From Patescibacteria group bacterium (GTDB lineage: Bacteria; Patescibacteriota; JABMPQ01; JAQVVF01): a stretch of DNA of 64,000 nt. The notes beneath the pieces were generated by a model. The model had not been told where the DNA came from. It saw nothing but the letters and a program-made list of their open reading frames with translations, and made no database searches. Numbering within the stretch: position 1 is the first letter of the stretch; every line of letters starts with the position of its first letter. The stretch spans positions 577,511 to 641,510 of the forward strand of contig JBAZSC010000001.1 in NCBI GenBank assembly GCA_041662665.1, in the 5' to 3' direction. This document shows, in pieces, positions 59,495 through 64,000 of this stretch. The position numbers were made by a program, and so were the translations under genes.

Positions 59495-59770
59495 ATGTAT
59501 AAAAGATTAGAACTAATCATTTCTGGAAAAGTCCAAGGCATTTTTTTTCGACAATTCGTCAAAGAGAATGCTGTTCATTTAAATCTGAAAGGTTCCGTCG
59601 AAAATAGAACTGATGGAACAGTCAAAGTAATTGTCGAAGGAGAAGAAAATAATCTCGAAAAATTGATTGAGCTTTGTGAGATAGGTCCGAAACAAGCATT
59701 TATCGAAAACATTGAAATCAGTTGGTCAGAACCAACAAATGAGTTTAAAGAATTTATTATAAAATATTAG
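59495..59770 (+). CDS. acyP: acylphosphatase
   Basis: ISGKVQGIFFRQFVKE is the acylphosphatase signature (VxGxVQGVxFR). Confidence 0.85.
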   Translation: MYKRLELIISGKVQGIFFRQFVKENAVHLNLKGSVENRTDGTVKVIVEGEENNLEKLIELCEIGPKQAFIENIEISWSEPTNEFKEFIIKY

Positions 59771-59805
59771 TTTGTATAAACTGTTAACTATTAACTATAA
59801 TCACG

Positions 59806-60252
59806 ATGAAAGTTGTATTAAAAAAAGATGTTGAAAAATTAGGTTTTGCTGGAGAAATAAAAGAAGTTACTTTAGGTTATGGTAAGAATTTTTTGTTACC
59901 ACAAAAATTAGCTGTTTTAGCTACTGAAAAAGAAATTCAGATTGCTAAACAAATGCAAGCAGAAATTAAAAAAAGAAAAGAAGAAGCTTTAAAACAAGCT
60001 AAAGATCTAGCTGAAAAGATTAACCAAAAAGAAATCAAAATTTCTTCAAAAGCTAATGAAGAAGGAATTTTATTTGGCTCTATCACTGCAAAAGACATTT
60101 CAGAAAATATCAAAGAACAATTAAAATTAGATATTGATGAAAAAGTAGTCGCTCTTGCTTCTGCAATCAAAAATACAGGCGAGTACGAAGTCAAACTAAA
60201 ATTTGCACCTGAAATCTCAGCTGACATTAAAGTTATTGTCGTTAAAAAATAA
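59806..60252 (+). CDS. rplI: 50S ribosomal protein L9
   Basis: MKVVLKKDVEKLGFAGEIKEVTLGYGKNFLLPQKLAV is the L9 N-terminus. Confidence 0.9.
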   Translation: MKVVLKKDVEKLGFAGEIKEVTLGYGKNFLLPQKLAVLATEKEIQIAKQMQAEIKKRKEEALKQAKDLAEKINQKEIKISSKANEEGILFGSITAKDISENIKEQLKLDIDEKVVALASAIKNTGEYEVKLKFAPEISADIKVIVVKK

Positions 60253-60329
60253 AATAACAAAATTTTAAAATATTTATAGGCAAGAATAATTAAATCAAAT
60301 TTATTATTCTATAAATAAACATTACGACT

Positions 60330-60389
60330 ATTCAAATAATTTGCATATTCGCTAGATTTGCATTATTTGTATATTCGTATTATATTTTC
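60330..60389 (+). repeat. ATTYGYAT-family element forming the pyrG leader (shares a 28-mer with 32689..32716)
   Basis: atttgcatattcgctagatttgcattatttgtatattcgtattatattttc, followed by the ATG. Confidence 0.7.
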
Positions 60390-62018
60390 ATGCAACCAAA
60401 ATACATCTTTATCACTGGAGGCGTAATTTCATCTTTAGGAAAAGGCATCACGTCTGCTTCAATTGGCAAACTTTTGCAAGATCTTGGATTCAAGGTCGTA
60501 AACATTAAATGCGAAATGTACGTTAACATTGATGCAGGAACAATTCGACCAACAGAACATGGGGAAGTTTATGTTACAGAAGATGGAATGGAATGTGATC
60601 AAGATTTGGGAACTTACGAAAGATTTTTGAATCAAGACATTAAGAAAGAGTGTTTTTTAACAACTGGCCAAATCTATCAAGAAGTTATCAGAAGAGAAAG
60701 AAATCTTGAATATGATGGTGAAGATGTTGAAGTTGTACCGCATGTCCCAAAAGAAATTATTAGAAGAATTAAATTAGCTACAGAAAAAAGTAAAGCCGAT
60801 TTTGCAATCGTTGAATTTGGCGGCACAGTAGGCGAGTATCAACAAGTTCTTTTTCTAGAAGCTGACAGAATGATGAAACATGAACTAAAAAAGGATGTGC
60901 TAAACATTCATATTGCTTATCTTCCTATTCCTCCAAGCGTTGGTGAAATGAAATCAAAACCAGCTCAATATTCAGTTAGAACATTGTTCTCAGCTGGAAT
61001 TGTACCAGATATTTTTATTGGCCGTTCAACAACATATATGGATCAACATAGAATGGAAGTCCTTTCAAGAAATACTAACATTGCAATTGAAAACATTTTT
61101 TCTAATCCAGATGTTAAATCAATTTATGAAGTTCCATTGATTTTAGCAAAACAAAAAGTCGCAGAATGTGTTTTAGGATTTTTTGGTGTTAAACCTAGAA
61201 AAAAAGCAAGTTTAACAAACTGGAAAAAATTAGTTAAAACAATCAAAGAAGTAAAAAAAGAAATAAAAATTGGTATCGTCGGAAAATATTTTGCCTCTGG
61301 AGATTTCTCACAAGGCGATTCATATATATCTGTCATCGAAGCAATAAAACACGCTTGCTGGGCTAATAATGTCAATCCAATAATAAAATGGCTTGATTCA
61401 GAATCATACGAAAAAGATCCAAAAAAAGTAACAGAATTAAAAGAATGCGATGGCATCATTGTACCAGGCGGTTACGGAAAAAGGGGAGTCGAAGGTAAAA
61501 TAAATGCTATTAAATTTGTTCGCGAAAATAAAATTCCATATTTAGGATTATGCTATGGCTTGCAAATGGCTGTCATTGAATTTGCTAGAAATATTTGTAA
61601 AATTAAAGATGCCAATACTACAGAGAATGAACCAAATACAAAGAATCCAGTCATTGATGTCATGGAAGCACAAAAAAAACTTTTGGCTAAAAAACAATAT
61701 GGAGCTTCTAATCGTCTAGGATCATACGAGTGCAAACTCAAAAAAGATAGCAAAACATTTAAAGCTTATGGCAAAGAAACAATTTTCGAACGCCATCGAC
61801 ATCGCTATGAATTAAATAATAGCTACAAAGAAATTCTAGAAAAAAATGGCTTAAAAATAGTTGGCCACAATCCATATTTGAATCTAGCAGAAATAGTTGA
61901 GCTAGAAAATCATCCATGGTTTATCGGTACTCAATTCCATCCAGAATTTAAATCAAGACTAGAAAGTCCACATCCACTATTTGTCAGTTTTATCAAAGCT
62001 GCAATAGATAATAAATAA
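60390..62018 (+). CDS. pyrG: CTP synthase
   Basis: MQPKYIFITGGVISSLGKGITSASIG plus a glutamine amidotransferase C-terminus (GLCYGLQ, HPEF). Confidence 0.95.
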   Translation: MQPKYIFITGGVISSLGKGITSASIGKLLQDLGFKVVNIKCEMYVNIDAGTIRPTEHGEVYVTEDGMECDQDLGTYERFLNQDIKKECFLTTGQIYQEVIRRERNLEYDGEDVEVVPHVPKEIIRRIKLATEKSKADFAIVEFGGTVGEYQQVLFLEADRMMKHELKKDVLNIHIAYLPIPPSVGEMKSKPAQYSVRTLFSAGIVPDIFIGRSTTYMDQHRMEVLSRNTNIAIENIFSNPDVKSIYEVPLILAKQKVAECVLGFFGVKPRKKASLTNWKKLVKTIKEVKKEIKIGIVGKYFASGDFSQGDSYISVIEAIKHACWANNVNPIIKWLDSESYEKDPKKVTELKECDGIIVPGGYGKRGVEGKINAIKFVRENKIPYLGLCYGLQMAVIEFARNICKIKDANTTENEPNTKNPVIDVMEAQKKLLAKKQYGASNRLGSYECKLKKDSKTFKAYGKETIFERHRHRYELNNSYKEILEKNGLKIVGHNPYLNLAEIVELENHPWFIGTQFHPEFKSRLESPHPLFVSFIKAAIDNK

Positions 62019-62061
62019 CCAAAAATAAAATCGCCTCATCGGCGATTTTTAGTTTTAAAGT

Positions 62062-62100
62062 TTCTGCATTTTCTGCGTCAGCTTCTGCGTCATTCTGCGC
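62062..62100 (+). repeat. 4 x TTCTGCGT element (periods 9-12-10) between convergent pyrG and rpmA
   Basis: ttctgcatt ttctgcgtcagc ttctgcgtca ttctgcgc. Confidence 0.85.
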
Positions 62101-62372
62101 TATTTCACGTTAACAAAACAAGTCTTTTTTAAACGTCCATTAAATTTCTTTGTCATTTTTGAATTGAATTCAACAACGCCTTCTTTCATAGCAAAAATTG
62201 TATCGTCACAACCTTGTTTAACATTTTTTCCAGGATAGTATTTTGTACCTCTTTGGCGTACAATAATATTGCCAGGTTTTACTACTTCACCAGCAAATTT
62301 CTTAACACCTAAACGTTGTGATTGTGAATCGCGACCAAGTTGGGTACTTCCGCCTGCTTTACGATGTGCCAT
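62100..62372 (-). CDS. rpmA: 50S ribosomal protein L27
   Basis: Carries [29 protein letters not shown]. Confidence 0.9.
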   Translation of the reverse strand: MAHRKAGGSTQLGRDSQSQRLGVKKFAGEVVKPGNIIVRQRGTKYYPGKNVKQGCDDTIFAMKEGVVEFNSKMTKKFNGRLKKTCFVNVK

Positions 62373-62440
62373 ATATTTACAATATTAATGATTAGTATAT
62401 ATAATAGATTAGCATTTAAAAAATAAATTGTCAATAAAAA

Positions 62441-62461
62441 CAAAAAAGAGCAACAGGCTCT
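62441..62461 (-). terminator. intrinsic terminator (agagc-aacag-gctct, T-run on the minus strand) after ORF 62473..62760
   Basis: Read directly. Confidence 0.5.
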
Positions 62462-62472
62462 TCAAAAAAGGT

Positions 62473-62760
62473 TCAATTTTGAATTCTTTTCAATACACAT
62501 GGTATAGTTGGTATTATCAATGCGCTAAAAATAAATGAAGAAATTGTCATCAATGTGGTTTCAAAATCGTGATAACAATCCAAAAAATTGTTCATGTTAT
62601 CAGATAATGTAGTATACAAGCCACTAGCACCAAGAGATAAAACTACAAAAACATATAGAAACCAGGGAGCAATAGAAATAAACCAAAAAATGAAAATTGA
62701 ACGCTGATGACGACTCGAAAAATTCGATAATCTCAACAACACATTCTTTACTCTTCTCAT
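62473..62760 (-). CDS. hypothetical small membrane protein (95 aa)
   Basis: An ORF followed by a terminator. No homology was recognised. Confidence 0.35.
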   Translation of the reverse strand: MRRVKNVLLRLSNFSSRHQRSIFIFWFISIAPWFLYVFVVLSLGASGLYTTLSDNMNNFLDCYHDFETTLMTISSFIFSALIIPTIPCVLKRIQN

Positions 62761-62773
62761 ATTTCCTCCTCTC

Positions 62774-63298
62774 TTGCAAACCTACATACATAATATCAAA
62801 AATATGCAAAAAATCAAGGAATTTATAAAAAACAATCATGACAGAATTATCCTAACAGTCGGCGCAATTTTAATTGCAGGAACTAGTTTTGCCATTGGCA
62901 GATTATCAATAAATAAACAAACGATACCTATAGTTATAAATGAGAATACTAAACAAGAAGCCAAAACAGAGCAACCACTCCAGAACATAAACACCCTAGA
63001 CACAGAAACACAAAAACAAGATAACGACTCAAACACCAAAGACACTAATGCGCAAGAACAAAATACACAGAAGAATGATACAAAACAACAAAAACAAGTC
63101 CCAAAAAAAACACAAGCACCAAAAGCAACACAAACATCAAAAAATGATTGCGCATTTGTTGCAAGTAGTAGAGGACATAAATATTACAATGCAGATTCAT
63201 CATCAGCAAAAAGCTTAAGTGAGCAAAATAAGATCTGCTTTCCAGATGCCAAATCAGCTGAAAAAGCCGGTTACGAACCAAGTGCCAGCATAAAATAA
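62774..63298 (+). CDS. secreted or membrane-anchored low-complexity (Q/K/T/N-rich) protein with a small Cys-containing C-terminal module
   Basis: Has an N-terminal TM or signal segment. The C-terminus DCAFVASSRGHKYYNADSSSAKSLSEQNKICFPDAKSAEKAGYEP resembles a small conserved module found in secreted proteins. Confidence 0.5.
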   Translation: MQTYIHNIKNMQKIKEFIKNNHDRIILTVGAILIAGTSFAIGRLSINKQTIPIVINENTKQEAKTEQPLQNINTLDTETQKQDNDSNTKDTNAQEQNTQKNDTKQQKQVPKKTQAPKATQTSKNDCAFVASSRGHKYYNADSSSAKSLSEQNKICFPDAKSAEKAGYEPSASIK

Positions 63299-63303
63299 GC
63301 ACT

Positions 63304-63337
63304 TACTTTATAACTTTAAAAACTTTATGAACTTTAC
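63304..63337 (+). repeat. 4 x AACTTTAT element
   Basis: tactttat aactttaa a aactttat g aactttac aaactaat. Confidence 0.8.
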
Positions 63338-63415
63338 AAACTAATCATGTTTATGCTATATTAAAAATGTTATTTTTAACTTTAAATTTTACTTTTAATT
63401 TTAGACTTTAGACTT

Positions 63416-64000
63416 ATGATCTACTTAGACCATGCTGCAACAACACCTTTAGATCCAGAAGTTCTAGAAGCAATGTTGCCATATTTTAATAAATTTTTTG
63501 CTAATACAGGTTCAATCCATTCAGCTGGACAAGAAGCATTAGCAGGAATTGATAAAGCAAGACAGCAAGTTGCGCAATTTTTGAATTGTGAAACAAATGA
63601 AGTTATCTTTACTTCAGGTGCTACTGAAAGCAACAATTTAGCGATAACTGGAATTGTTGATGCCACAGAAATCAAAAAACCACATATCATTACTTCATGC
63701 ATAGAACATCCAGCAGTCTTAGAAGTTGTCAAAAATCTAAAAAATAGGGGAGTTGAAATAACTATTTTGCCAGTTGAGCACGATGGAACATTGAACACAA
63801 ATATTGTTCAAAAAGAAATTAAAGAAAATACAATCTTAATTTCAATCATGTATGCCAACAATGAAATTGGAACGGTCCAACCAATCAAAGAGATAGGTAA
63901 ACTAATAGAAGAAATCAATCAAAAAAGAAAAAATAAAATCTATTTTCATACTGATGCAACACAAGCATCTGGATATCTAAATTGCGATACAAAAGTTTTA
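63416..64000 (+). CDS. cysteine desulfurase (IscS/NifS-like), 3' end outside window
   Basis: MIYLDHAATTPLDPEVLEAMLPYF...ANTGSIHSAGQEA. It is missing from the ORF track because there is no stop within the window. Confidence 0.85.
   Translation, partial: MIYLDHAATTPLDPEVLEAMLPYFNKFFANTGSIHSAGQEALAGIDKARQQVAQFLNCETNEVIFTSGATESNNLAITGIVDATEIKKPHIITSCIEHPAVLEVVKNLKNRGVEITILPVEHDGTLNTNIVQKEIKENTILISIMYANNEIGTVQPIKEIGKLIEEINQKRKNKIYFHTDATQASGYLNCDTKVL

Noticed and set aside
61124-61753. Minus-strand ORFs inside pyrG
   Set aside because: They are antisense to CTP synthase and carry no independent signals.
15277-62100. Possible CRISPR arrays, given the many regularly spaced short direct repeats
   Set aside because: The units are 7-8 bp with 1-5 bp spacers and only four copies per locus. 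CRISPR needs repeats of about 24-48 bp with unique spacers of similar length. No cas genes are present.
62624-63302. ORFs 62624..62839, 62836..63045 and 63045..63302 (minus strand)
   Set aside because: They overlap the + strand low-complexity secreted-protein gene and the neighbouring small gene, and are AT-rich antisense frames.
63421-63798. ORF-track minus-strand ORF of 125 aa
   Set aside because: It lies antisense to a clear IscS/NifS-like cysteine desulfurase reading frame on the + strand (63416 onward, MIYLDHAATTPLDPEVLEAM...). It is a shadow ORF.

Overview
This is an AT-rich (about 30% GC) bacterial segment using the standard genetic code (TGA is used as a stop); it looks like a Patescibacteria (CPR)-type or similarly reduced genome. 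Nearly the whole window is one cell-envelope glycosylation supercluster. It holds about 10 GT4 and 6 GT2 glycosyltransferases, three Wzx/MOP-type flippases, and an O-antigen-ligase-like protein. It holds a Dpm1-like polyprenyl-phosphate sugar synthase. It also holds five GT-C membrane glycosyltransferases. Two of these carry STT3/AglB/PglB-like motifs and are candidate oligosaccharyltransferases. Three carry PMT/ArnT-like DE/DD first-loop motifs. Sugar-nucleotide genes are gmd, an rmd-like reductase and glf. There is a sulfate-activation pair (cysD, cysN), a cytidylyltransferase plus CDP-alcohol phosphotransferase pair, alkaline-phosphatase-superfamily phosphodiesterases, and secreted beta-propeller proteins (FG-GAP plus metallophosphatase in both domain orders, NHL plus IPT). 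The 3' end turns to housekeeping genes (dcd, ctpA, acyP, rplI, pyrG, rpmA, an iscS-like gene). Outside the genes, the region is saturated with short oriented repeat elements of one architecture. Each has four direct copies of an 8-mer at a 9-13 bp period, in at least five subfamilies (ATCAGCGT, TTCTGCGT, AACTTTAT, ATTCGAAA, ATTYGYAT). They occur in promoters, at gene ends and in-frame inside coding sequences. Every 4 x 8-mer element instance I located has its units in + orientation; the single exception is the palindromic left half of the ATTYGYAT region at 32600..32716, which carries reverse-oriented units. A RAYT-like IS200-family transposase is flanked by GC-rich REP-like hairpins, and copies of those hairpins sit in-frame inside two GT-C genes. 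A tandem array of small paralogous genes each has a consensus sigma70 promoter, a strong SD and an intrinsic terminator. Coordinates were counted by hand and may be off by a few bases.
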